17,058 nucleotides of DNA from Candidatus Fraserbacteria bacterium (lineage in GTDB: Bacteria; Bipolaricaulota; Bipolaricaulia; RBG-16-55-9), in the NCBI GenBank assembly GCA_037442925.1, contig JBBIPG010000050.1, positions 1 to 17,058 of the forward strand, written 5' to 3'. Of the stretch, positions 1-8,418 are shown in pieces. The position numbers and the translations under genes were made by a program. The first letter of the stretch is position 1, and every line of letters begins with the position of its first letter. The notes beneath the pieces are model-generated. The model saw only the letters and a program-made list of their open reading frames with translations. It did no database searches and was not told where the DNA came from.

Positions 1-84
1 ATTGCGGCCACCCGTGCCAACATCAGCGGTGTGGAGATCGATGCGTCGGCCACCTTCCGCACCTGGAAGATGGAGAAGAAGTAA
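1..84 (+). CDS. 3' end of an upstream gene (partial); possibly an ABC peptide/nickel substrate-binding protein (family 5) C-terminus
   Basis: Frame 1 is open to TAA at 82-84 (IAATRANISGVEIDASATFRTWKMEKK*) and is followed by a terminator. The product guess rests only on loose resemblance to DppA/OppA tails. Confidence 0.5.
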   Translation: MAATRANISGVEIDASATFRTWKMEKK

Positions 85-112
85 CCCAGTAGCAAGCTAG
101 GACGCTAAGGTC

Positions 113-151
113 GGGGGCAAGTGCATTGCCGCTTGCCCCCTTCTCTTTCTT
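113..151 (+). terminator. Rho-independent terminator
   Basis: GGGGGCAAG (113-121) pairs with CTTGCCCCC (132-140), followed by the pyrimidine/U-rich tail TTCTCTTTCTT, just after the stop at 84. Confidence 0.8.
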
Positions 152-177
152 ACCCCTTGCTGGAAAATTCACCCCAC

Positions 178-206
178 TTGACAAGCCCTCCGTCCTCCGT
201 TATAAT
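178..206 (+). promoter_or_regulatory. sigma70/sigmaA promoter of hsp20
   Basis: Perfect consensus TTGACA (178-183), 17-bp spacer, TATAAT (201-206). Confidence 0.92.
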
Positions 207-210
207 GCTG

Positions 211-237
211 TTAGCAGTCTAGCATCAAGACTGCTAA
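211..237 (+). promoter_or_regulatory. CIRCE element (HrcA operator), variant
   Basis: TTAGCAGTC-N9-GACTGCTAA versus consensus TTAGCACTC-N9-GAGTGCTAA. Perfectly palindromic, over the expected transcription start of a chaperone gene. Confidence 0.9.
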
Positions 238-273
238 ATCTCAGATAATGCGGAACAGAAGGAGGGAATCACC

Positions 274-714
274 ATGGTACGACTTCCAGAACTCTGGCGG
301 GAGCCATTGGCTCTCAGCCGCCGAATGGAACGGCTCTTCGATGACTTCTTCAGCCACGACTGGCCCTTCGAGGCCACTACCTTCGGACGCACCGACATCT
401 ACGAGAAGGACGGCCAATTGGTCTATGAGACGGAACTGCCCGGTGTCAAACGCGAGGACGTCCACATCAAAGTCGAGGACGGAAGACTGATCATCTCTGG
501 CGAGAGCAAGCGCGAGGAGCGCGTGGAAGAGGAGAACTACTTCCGCATGGGACGCCGTTATGGCAAGTTCCAGCGCTTGTTCCCGCTCCCGGAGGAGATC
601 GCCGATCCTAAGAAGATCAAGGCCAAATTCGACAACGGCATCCTGAAGGTCAGCGTGCCTCTTAAGGAATCTCTTAAAGAGAAGGAAAAGCCGATCGAAA
701 TCCGAGTGGAGTAG
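274..714 (+). CDS. Hsp20/alpha-crystallin family small heat-shock protein
   Basis: Motifs TDIYE, ELPGVKREDV, RRYGKFQR, IKAKFDNGILKVSVP. RBS AAGGAGGG at 259-266 and CIRCE upstream. Confidence 0.96.
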   Translation: MVRLPELWREPLALSRRMERLFDDFFSHDWPFEATTFGRTDIYEKDGQLVYETELPGVKREDVHIKVEDGRLIISGESKREERVEEENYFRMGRRYGKFQRLFPLPEEIADPKKIKAKFDNGILKVSVPLKESLKEKEKPIEIRVE

Positions 715-1733
<1,019 letters not shown>

Positions 1734-1734
<1 letters not shown>

Positions 1735-2192
1735 TGGCCGAGCTCAAAGTCTCCAAGATCAGACGCGGGACGGTGATCGATCACATCCGCTCTGGGATGG
1801 CACCGGCCGTGCTTAAGATACTGGGCATCGATCGCGGCTTCTCTGATGTCGTCGTGGTTGCCATGAACGTGAAAAGCTCTCAACTGGGCAGCAAAGACAT
1901 CGTCAAAGTGGAAAACCAGATCCTCGATGAAGAGACACTAAAGAAGATCTCGATTATCGCTCCTCACGCCACCATCAATATCGTCAAAGACTTCGAAATT
2001 GTAGAGAAGCGAGGCGTCTCACTGCCCAAGGAGCTTCGCGGTATCTTAAAGTGTCCCAACCGCAACTGCATCACCAACTCCACCGAGCGTGTGGAATCGT
2101 ACTTCGTGTGCGAACGCAAAGACCCCGTCGAATTCCGTTGTCACTACTGCGAAGAACTCGTCGAGGCGGAGCAAGCTGAGTTGATCCTCTGA
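1734..2192 (+). CDS. pyrI: Aspartate carbamoyltransferase regulatory subunit
   Basis: LKVSKIRRGTVIDHI, KDIVKVE, Zn ligands CPNRNC and CHYC. TAATG overlap with the pyrB stop. Confidence 0.96.
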
Positions 2193-2761
2193 TGCGAGCC
2201 TTCTTCTGTCTGGAGTTAGATCCCCCTCTGCAACAAGAACTGGATAAGATCACACAGACGCTTCGTAGAGTGCGCTTGAAGGTCAGCTGGGTCAAGCCAG
2301 AGAACTTGCACGTCACGATGCGATTCCTGGGTGAGATTTCCGAAGGGCTTGTGCCGAAACTGGAAGCCGCTGCGCGTGAGGCCTTGCGAGAGAGCGACAT
2401 TCCATCGGCTGTCACATGGGAGCTGGATCGAGTGGGAGCCTTCCCCAGCGTTGAGCGCCCGCGGGTGGTTTGGGTAGGCAGTTGGCAGGAGCCGGAGATG
2501 CTGGGTCGTCTGGCTATCGCTTTGCAAGAGAAGATGGAGCCATTGGGCTTCAAACCGGAGCGCGACCGTTTTGTGACGCACATCACACTGGGGCGGGTCA
2601 AGGACGAAGGACCAGTTGTCAGGGCGTTGACCCAAGCCTTGCAAGCTCTCACGCCGTTTCGCCACACGGCGTGCGTCCGTGATCTCACACTGATGGAGAG
2701 CCAACTCACGCCTCAAGGCTCCATCTACCGGCCCGTCTTTCGCCTTTCATTCTTACAGTAG
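2192..2761 (+). CDS. thpR: RNA 2',3'-cyclic phosphodiesterase (LigT/2'-5' RNA ligase, 2H phosphoesterase)
   Basis: Two HxT motifs (NLHVTMRFLG, HITLGR), GAFP..RPRVVW, and C-terminal ESQLTPQGSIY. TGATG overlap with pyrI. Confidence 0.93.
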   Translation: MRAFFCLELDPPLQQELDKITQTLRRVRLKVSWVKPENLHVTMRFLGEISEGLVPKLEAAAREALRESDIPSAVTWELDRVGAFPSVERPRVVWVGSWQEPEMLGRLAIALQEKMEPLGFKPERDRFVTHITLGRVKDEGPVVRALTQALQALTPFRHTACVRDLTLMESQLTPQGSIYRPVFRLSFLQ

Positions 2762-2771
2762 AGGTTTCTAC

Positions 2772-3197
2772 ATGCCATTTGAATATCGTGAGCACACAGG
2801 CGAAGCGTGGCTGGTAGCTATCGGCAAGACGCTCGAAGAGGCGTTTGCTGAGGGGGCCCGAGCACTGTTCAACTTGATGGTCGATCTGGCTCACATCGAG
2901 CCTCAGCAATCCGTGGAGATCTCTTGTCATTCTGATGCGGTGGATACACTCTTTGTCGAATGGCTAAATGCTCTTATCGTTCAGAAAGACACTCAAGGTA
3001 TGCTCTTCTCTCGTTTTGAGATCGAGCCCATTCGCAAGACAGCCCAAGAGTATGAGCTAAGGGCGAAGGCTTGGGGTGAGTCATTTGATCCTCGAAAACA
3101 CGAGAGCCACGTAGACGTAAAAGCAGCCACCTACGCCGGACTCAAATGCGAGAAAACGAGCGAAGGGTATCGGGTGGAGTGCGTGGTCGATATTTGA
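2772..3197 (+). CDS. Archease (RtcB-activating cofactor family)
   Basis: FEYREHT, GKTLEEAF, AWGE, VKAATY, terminal VDI; 141 aa. RBS GAGG at 2761. Confidence 0.9.
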   Translation: MPFEYREHTGEAWLVAIGKTLEEAFAEGARALFNLMVDLAHIEPQQSVEISCHSDAVDTLFVEWLNALIVQKDTQGMLFSRFEIEPIRKTAQEYELRAKAWGESFDPRKHESHVDVKAATYAGLKCEKTSEGYRVECVVDI

Positions 3198-3200
3198 AGT

Positions 3201-3698
3201 TTAGTCCATGCGTGCCTCGCCGCGCTTGACCATCGGGTCGCGGCCACTGGCTCCTGGATGCTTTTCCGTCAACATCTCTTTCGTGTAGATCATCTCTTCG
3301 CGGGTGTATCCCGAAAGCTCATACTCATCGCTTAGCACAATGCAGTCCACAGGACAGACTTCTTCACAGTCGCCCACGAAGATGCAGCGCAGCATATTGA
3401 TCTGAAAGTCGGCTGCATAACGCGCCGTCTTTGAAATGGGCTTATCTTTCGGATTCGGGGCATCCTGGACGTGAATAGCCTGCGCGGGGCAGACGATCTC
3501 GCAGAGATGGCAGGCGATGCACCGCTCCATGCCATCCTCCCACAAGCGCAGATAGTGCCGTCCTCGGAACATCGAAGGCGGCTTACGCTTCACATCGGGG
3601 TATTGAATCGTCACCGGCTTCTCAAAGAGGTAGCTGAATGTGACGCTCATCCCCTTGAGCATGGCAGACAAGCCTTCCAGTGCGTTCTTCATAGACAT
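3201..3698 (-). CDS. nuoI: NADH-quinone oxidoreductase subunit I (ferredoxin-like)
   Basis: VTIQYP, FRGRH, ERCIACHLCEIVCP, INMLRCIFVGDCEEVCP (second motif lacks one Cys), YTKEML. Confidence 0.93.
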   Translation of the reverse strand: MSMKNALEGLSAMLKGMSVTFSYLFEKPVTIQYPDVKRKPPSMFRGRHYLRLWEDGMERCIACHLCEIVCPAQAIHVQDAPNPKDKPISKTARYAADFQINMLRCIFVGDCEEVCPVDCIVLSDEYELSGYTREEMIYTKEMLTEKHPGASGRDPMVKRGEARMD

Positions 3699-3707
3699 CG
3701 TTTCAGA

Positions 3708-4904
3708 TCACCTGTCCACGTCACCCAATACGGGGTCAACACTGGCAATGGCTACGACAGCATCCGCGATATAGCCACCTTCAACCAGGAGCGGCAGAGC
3801 TTGAGCGTTCACAAACGAGGGCGAGCGCATGCGAACTCTCAGGGGCTTATTGCTTCCGTCACTTACAACCCAGTAGCCCTTCTCTCCACGCGGGGATTCG
3901 ACCGTCACATAGGATTCGCCTGGTGGCACGAGAAATCCCCGATGTGGATGACGCCACCACACCGAACGCTCACTCTTCGAAGGAGGCTGGAGCCCTTCAG
4001 CTACAATCGGGCCCTGAGGCAGCTTGGCCAGCACTTGCTCCACGATGCGAAGACTCTGTTCCATCTCGGACATGCGCACCAGATACCGTGCATAGGCATC
4101 GCCCGCTGGCTGAGTGGGAATTTCGAATTCAAACTCTGGATAGGCGGAGTAGGGAAAGGCCCGCCGGGTATCATACGCAACGCCACAGGCCCTTAGGATC
4201 GGTCCCGTAAGCGCATAGGCATAGCATTGTTCTCTCGTGAGCACGGCAATCCCCTCGTTGCGCATGCGCCAGATGGGGTTCTTCGTCAGGAGATCGTGAT
4301 ACTCTTTCCAGTGAACTCGGAATTCGCCGACGAACTGCTTCACAGCGTCCTCGAAGCCACGAGGCAAATCCCTCATCACGCCGCCCACGCGGAAGTAACG
4401 CGGGAACATGCGAGCACCGGAGATCAGCTCAAAGAGATCTAAGATGCTCTCGCGATCACGGAAGCAGTACATGAAGACGCTCGATACGTTGAGTTCCAAG
4501 GCGCCCGTTCCCAACCAGACGAGATGGCTGGCAATCCGCGAGAGCTCACACATCATGACTCGTATGTACTGCGCCCGCTTGGGAGCCTCGATCCCCAAGA
4601 GCTTCTCCACCGCGAGAACATATCCCATCTCCTCATGCAAGCTGGAGAGATAGTCCATGCGGTCGATCAGCGGGACGACTTGATGATACGTGCGATACTC
4701 GCACTCCTTCTCGATCCCCGTGTGCAAATAGCCAATGTGAGGCTCGCAGTGAACCACACGCTCCCCATCGAGCTCCAGCACCAAGCGGAGCACCCCGTGT
4801 GTGCTGGGGTGCTGAGGCCCCAGGTTGAGCACCATCGTTTCGGTGCCCTTCTCCTGGTCCGTCTTGACCCTCTCTAGTTCGAGATCAATCTGTTCTTTCC
4901 ACAT
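3708..4904 (-). CDS. nuoD: NADH-quinone oxidoreductase subunit D (quinone-binding 49 kDa subunit)
   Basis: NLGPQHPSTHGVLRL, IGYLHTGIEK, DRMDYL, ESPRGE, terminal DPVLGDVDR. No NiFe CxxC motifs. Confidence 0.96.
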   Translation of the reverse strand: MWKEQIDLELERVKTDQEKGTETMVLNLGPQHPSTHGVLRLVLELDGERVVHCEPHIGYLHTGIEKECEYRTYHQVVPLIDRMDYLSSLHEEMGYVLAVEKLLGIEAPKRAQYIRVMMCELSRIASHLVWLGTGALELNVSSVFMYCFRDRESILDLFELISGARMFPRYFRVGGVMRDLPRGFEDAVKQFVGEFRVHWKEYHDLLTKNPIWRMRNEGIAVLTREQCYAYALTGPILRACGVAYDTRRAFPYSAYPEFEFEIPTQPAGDAYARYLVRMSEMEQSLRIVEQVLAKLPQGPIVAEGLQPPSKSERSVWWRHPHRGFLVPPGESYVTVESPRGEKGYWVVSDGSNKPLRVRMRSPSFVNAQALPLLVEGGYIADAVVAIASVDPVLGDVDR

Positions 4905-4925
4905 GGCACACGCATCTCTTCATCC

Positions 4926-5459
4926 TTATTCGTATTTCTTGGGAATGACCTCGCTCGGAAGCTTATGGGTCCTGACGCCTTTGAACTGGACAGGCTCCTC
5001 GGTGAGCGAATAATCTTTTCGTAAGGGGTGGCCGATCCATTCATCCGGCATGAGAAGCCTCTTCAGATGGGGATGTCCCTCAAATCGAATCCCGTAGAAG
5101 TCATAGAGCTCGCGTTCAAACCAGTTGGCTGACGGCCAGAGTCTTGTCGCCGAAGGGAGCAGAGGGTTCTCGCGCTCCAGTTTCACTTTGATCATCAGCT
5201 TGACCAACTGTGTGTGCGAATGCAGGAGATAGATGACATGGAAATAGGGTTCCCTCTCTAGATAATCGGCGGCCGTGAGATCGTAGAGTACATTGAACTC
5301 CAGTTGCTCTTTGGCCAGGGCCAGGATGTCGAGCAGAGCCTCTTTCTTCACCACAAGCATCCTCAGGCCAGACTTAATGACTTCTTCACCCGTGATCGCA
5401 CCGGGATAGCGCCCGCGAATCTGCGCGACGGCTTGCGTCACATGCTCTGGGTTCCCCAA
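4926..5459 (-). CDS. nuoC: NADH-quinone oxidoreductase subunit C
   Basis: DLTAADY, WPSANWFERELYDFYGIRFEGHPHLKRLLMPDEWIGHPLRKDY. Start set at TTG 5459 (SD GGAGAGGA upstream); the ORF-track GTG at 5498 abuts the predicted -10 box. Confidence 0.92.
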   Translation of the reverse strand: MGNPEHVTQAVAQIRGRYPGAITGEEVIKSGLRMLVVKKEALLDILALAKEQLEFNVLYDLTAADYLEREPYFHVIYLLHSHTQLVKLMIKVKLERENPLLPSATRLWPSANWFERELYDFYGIRFEGHPHLKRLLMPDEWIGHPLRKDYSLTEEPVQFKGVRTHKLPSEVIPKKYE

Positions 5460-5498
5460 GCTTCTTCCTCTCCGCGCATTCCATGAAAAGTTGCCCAC

Positions 5499-5527
5499 AT
5501 GCTAACAGAACTGCCCGATATTCTCAA
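5499..5527 (-). promoter_or_regulatory. Putative sigma70 promoter for nuoCDI
   Basis: Minus strand TTGAGA (5527-5522), 17-bp spacer, TAGCAT (5504-5499) with an extended -10 TG. The -35 overlaps the folC stop codon. Confidence 0.6.
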
Positions 5528-6867
5528 TGATGGACGTCATGGCGCAAGGGCCATTTCGCCGCTACCACACCGGCCAAGTAGAACGATCCGGTGATGCAAA
5601 GAATATCGCCAGACTCTGTCAGCTCGAGTGCGCGACGAAGCCCCTTCTCGATGTCTGGTTCCGATTCACATACGAAGCCCGGCGACAGCTCTTGGGCCAT
5701 GTGGCAGAGTTCGCTCGGGTCCACTCCCCGCGGGTGTCCGATTCCCGTGAACACAGCCGCTGAGGCCATGGGAATGATCTGGCATAGGCTTTCTTTGACG
5801 TCTTTGTCGCGAGACATGCCGAGCAAGAGCACAACGCGCTTGCCGGGATAATGAACACTCAGTGTTTCGCGTAGTGCCCGCAGCGAGACGGGATTGTGCG
5901 CCACATCCAAGATGACCATGGGGGTTTTGCCAATGACTTCGATGCGGCCGCGCAACGTAACATTCGCCAGTCCACGGCGTACGTGCGCCTCTTCCAGAGT
6001 GAGAGGAAGAACCTCGCAGAGCGCTTCGAGGGCAGCCACGGCCACCGCGGCGTTCCTGCGTTGATGTTCTCCCACGAGAGGCAGCGTGAGGCTGTCGTAT
6101 TGTCGTCGCCACGTCTTTAACGAGAACTCTTGGCTCTCCTTGCTCTCTCTTAGCTCAAAGTCTCGACTCAATTCGAAGAGCGGTGCCTTCCGCTCTTGGG
6201 CGATCTCGCGAATCACGTGTGCAGGTCCAGGTTCGATCACTCCGGAGATCACGGGAACTCCTGCCTTGACGATGCCGGCTTTCTCCGCGGCAATCTTCTC
6301 CAACGTATTGCCCAAGATGTGCATGTGATCGTAATCAATGCTGGTGATGACCGAGACTTTAGGATGGACCACGTTTGTGGAATCGAGCCTTCCCCCCAAG
6401 CCGACTTCCAACACCACGCAATCAACGCCCATCTCAGCGAAATACACGAGTGCCAAGACGGTGATGAGATCGAAGAACGTCAGCGGATTGCCCGCCACGC
6501 GTTGCCGTTCGAGATGTGGGTACAGCATGTTCATCATGTCAACGAAATGATCATCGGGAATATCGCGGCCGTTTACAGAGATGCGCTCGTTCAGTTTGAT
6601 CAGATGGGGCTTCGAGAAGAGTCCAACTCGTTGTTTCCTGGTCTGAAGCACTGACGCTACAAAGGCACAGACTGAACCTTTGCCTTTGGTCCCGGCCACG
6701 TGCACAATGGGGTATTCTTTGTCAGGGTCGCCCAAGGCATGTAGCACAGCGCGCACGCGATTCAAGTCCAAAACATCGCGGGTGTAGCGGATATCGCTCA
6801 TCCGCTCATAGTTTGTGAATTGCGTGATATAGCGGAACGCTTCTGAGAAAGTCTGAAACGGTCTCAC
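5524..6867 (-). CDS. folC: Bifunctional folylpolyglutamate synthase/dihydrofolate synthase
   Basis: HVAGTKGKGS P-loop, LEVGLGGRLDSTNV, DHMHILGNT..IAAEKAGI, DVAHNP, ITGSFYL. GTG start with SD GGAGGAGG. Confidence 0.96.
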   Translation of the reverse strand: MRPFQTFSEAFRYITQFTNYERMSDIRYTRDVLDLNRVRAVLHALGDPDKEYPIVHVAGTKGKGSVCAFVASVLQTRKQRVGLFSKPHLIKLNERISVNGRDIPDDHFVDMMNMLYPHLERQRVAGNPLTFFDLITVLALVYFAEMGVDCVVLEVGLGGRLDSTNVVHPKVSVITSIDYDHMHILGNTLEKIAAEKAGIVKAGVPVISGVIEPGPAHVIREIAQERKAPLFELSRDFELRESKESQEFSLKTWRRQYDSLTLPLVGEHQRRNAAVAVAALEALCEVLPLTLEEAHVRRGLANVTLRGRIEVIGKTPMVILDVAHNPVSLRALRETLSVHYPGKRVVLLLGMSRDKDVKESLCQIIPMASAAVFTGIGHPRGVDPSELCHMAQELSPGFVCESEPDIEKGLRRALELTESGDILCITGSFYLAGVVAAKWPLRHDVHH

Positions 6868-7002
6868 CGCAGCCTCCTCCGTGCAAGCTATCTATCTTTC
6901 TATAGTAGTGTAGCCAGAGGAGTCTTGCCCATACCGTTACGAGACGAGATACAATCTGTGCAAAGAAGGGCAGTGAAGAAGGCGCGCGAATGATGTAAGT
7001 CA

Positions 7003-7032
7003 TTGATCTGTGAGAATCCGTCGACCTAAAAT
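7003..7032 (+). promoter_or_regulatory. Putative sigma70 promoter of the aminotransferase
   Basis: TTGATC (7003-7008), 18-bp spacer, TAAAAT (7027-7032) in the divergent intergenic region. Confidence 0.5.
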
Positions 7033-7078
7033 GGAACAGAGATGTGCGGCGGCCACGTAGCCCGCCGAAGGAGGTACG

Positions 7079-8293
7079 ATGCGCGAGCTACTTTCCCAGC
7101 GGGCTCGGGGCGTGAAACGCTCAGAGATCCGCGAACTGCTCAAACTCACGGAGCAGCCTGGCATCATCTCCTTTGCTGGAGGTCTACCCGATCCCGAAAC
7201 GTTCCCCACCCAAGAGTTCGCCCAAGCTGCCCAACAGGTCATCCAACAAGATTACCACAAATCACTCCAGTACGGTGCGACCGAAGGCGATAAGCGGTTT
7301 CGCCAGGCTGTCATCGATTGGTTGACTCAAGAGGGTTTACCACTCCGGCTCGATGAGATCATAGCTACCAGCGCCGCTCAGCAGGGATTGGATTTGATCT
7401 GCAAAGTCTTTCTCGATCCGGGTGATCTGGTCTACTGCGATCTCCCCACGTATCTGGGAGCCATCCAGGCCTTCACAGCCTATCAAGCGGAGAAGATCGG
7501 CATTCCCATGGAAGAGGACGGCATGAATCTGGAGGTCTTGAAATCCAAGCTCGAAGAGGCAAGACGAGCAGATAAGCGCCCCAAGCTGGTCTATATTGTG
7601 CCCAACTTTCAGAACCCCAGCGGGATCACCTTAAGCGAAGCCAAGCGCAAGGAACTCGTCGAGATCGCCCAGCAGTACAACCTTCTGATCATCGAAGATG
7701 ATCCCTATGGTTGGCTCCGCTACGAGGACAGACCGATCCCGTCGCTAAAGAGCTTGGACAAATACGGCAGAGTCATCCTGCTTTTGTCGTTCTCCAAGCT
7801 GCTGTGCCCAGGGCTGAGACTGGGCATCTTGGCTGCTTCACCGGACGTGCTAAGTGAGATCGTCAAATTGAAGCAACCTACGGATCTGTGCACGCCCTCG
7901 TTCACCCAGAGTCTCGCCTATCACTATCTGCGCGCTCATGATTTTCACGAACGTATTGAGCATCTCAAGCGCATCTACAAGGAGAAGCGCGACGCGATGC
8001 TCGAAGCGCTCGAAGAATACATGCCCCGACATCCCGAGATTCACTGGACCAGACCTCAGGGTGGCTTCTTCGTCTGGATGACCCTGCCGGAGTACATCGA
8101 TTCTACAGAACTCCTCAGGCGTGCCTTGTCAGCGCAAGTGGCCTTCGTGACCGGCAGCGCTTTCTTCGTGGATGGCAGCGGAAAGAACACCCTCAGGCTT
8201 TCCTTTGCGGAGCAGAAGCCGGAGGTCATTCGAGAGGGGATGTGTCGTCTGGGGCAGACCATCGAGGAAGCGATCGCTACCCGCGTGACGTAG
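7079..8293 (+). CDS. PLP-dependent aminotransferase class I/II (LysN/aromatic-aminoadipate type, no HTH domain)
   Basis: SEIRELLK, ISFAGGLP, LQYG, PNFQNPSG, IIEDDPY, PLP lysine in SFSKLLCPGLRLG, PQGGFF, LRLSF. SD AAGGAGGT. Confidence 0.93.
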   Translation: MRELLSQRARGVKRSEIRELLKLTEQPGIISFAGGLPDPETFPTQEFAQAAQQVIQQDYHKSLQYGATEGDKRFRQAVIDWLTQEGLPLRLDEIIATSAAQQGLDLICKVFLDPGDLVYCDLPTYLGAIQAFTAYQAEKIGIPMEEDGMNLEVLKSKLEEARRADKRPKLVYIVPNFQNPSGITLSEAKRKELVEIAQQYNLLIIEDDPYGWLRYEDRPIPSLKSLDKYGRVILLLSFSKLLCPGLRLGILAASPDVLSEIVKLKQPTDLCTPSFTQSLAYHYLRAHDFHERIEHLKRIYKEKRDAMLEALEEYMPRHPEIHWTRPQGGFFVWMTLPEYIDSTELLRRALSAQVAFVTGSAFFVDGSGKNTLRLSFAEQKPEVIREGMCRLGQTIEEAIATRVT

Positions 8294-8418
8294 CCAAGAG
8301 AGCTGGCAGCACCGCAAGTACATGACGGCAGTCATCGTGCTGTCTGCGCTAGATCATTGTGGATAATACTCCCTATCTCCTACAATCCAGTAAACCCGCA
8401 AGAGAAAGGGTGTGAGCG

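Noticed and set aside
2071..2716. Long antisense ORFs over thpR (212 aa, 166 aa)
   Set aside because: Shadow ORFs of a GC-rich gene with no recognisable motifs.
3936..4001. Frameshift or pseudogene in nuoD at the divergent segment
   Set aside because: The reading frame is continuous and conserved motifs resume immediately (GFLVPPGESY..ESPRGE).
3471..4196. 241-aa + strand ORF opposite nuoI/nuoD
   Set aside because: Antisense to well-conserved genes, with no family resemblance.
3708..4904. Group 4 hydrogenase (Ech/Mbh) large subunit
   Set aside because: Both NiFe CxxC motifs are absent (RMDYL, DPVLGDVDR) and quinone-site residues are present, so it is NuoD.
6868..7078. Riboswitch or sRNA in the folC/aminotransferase divergent gap
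   Set aside because: Only promoter-like hexamers and one small GC stem (about 7047-7067) were seen; no recognisable THF, SAM or T-box consensus.
7079..8293. MocR/GabR transcription factor
   Set aside because: No N-terminal winged-HTH; the protein begins directly with the aminotransferase domain.
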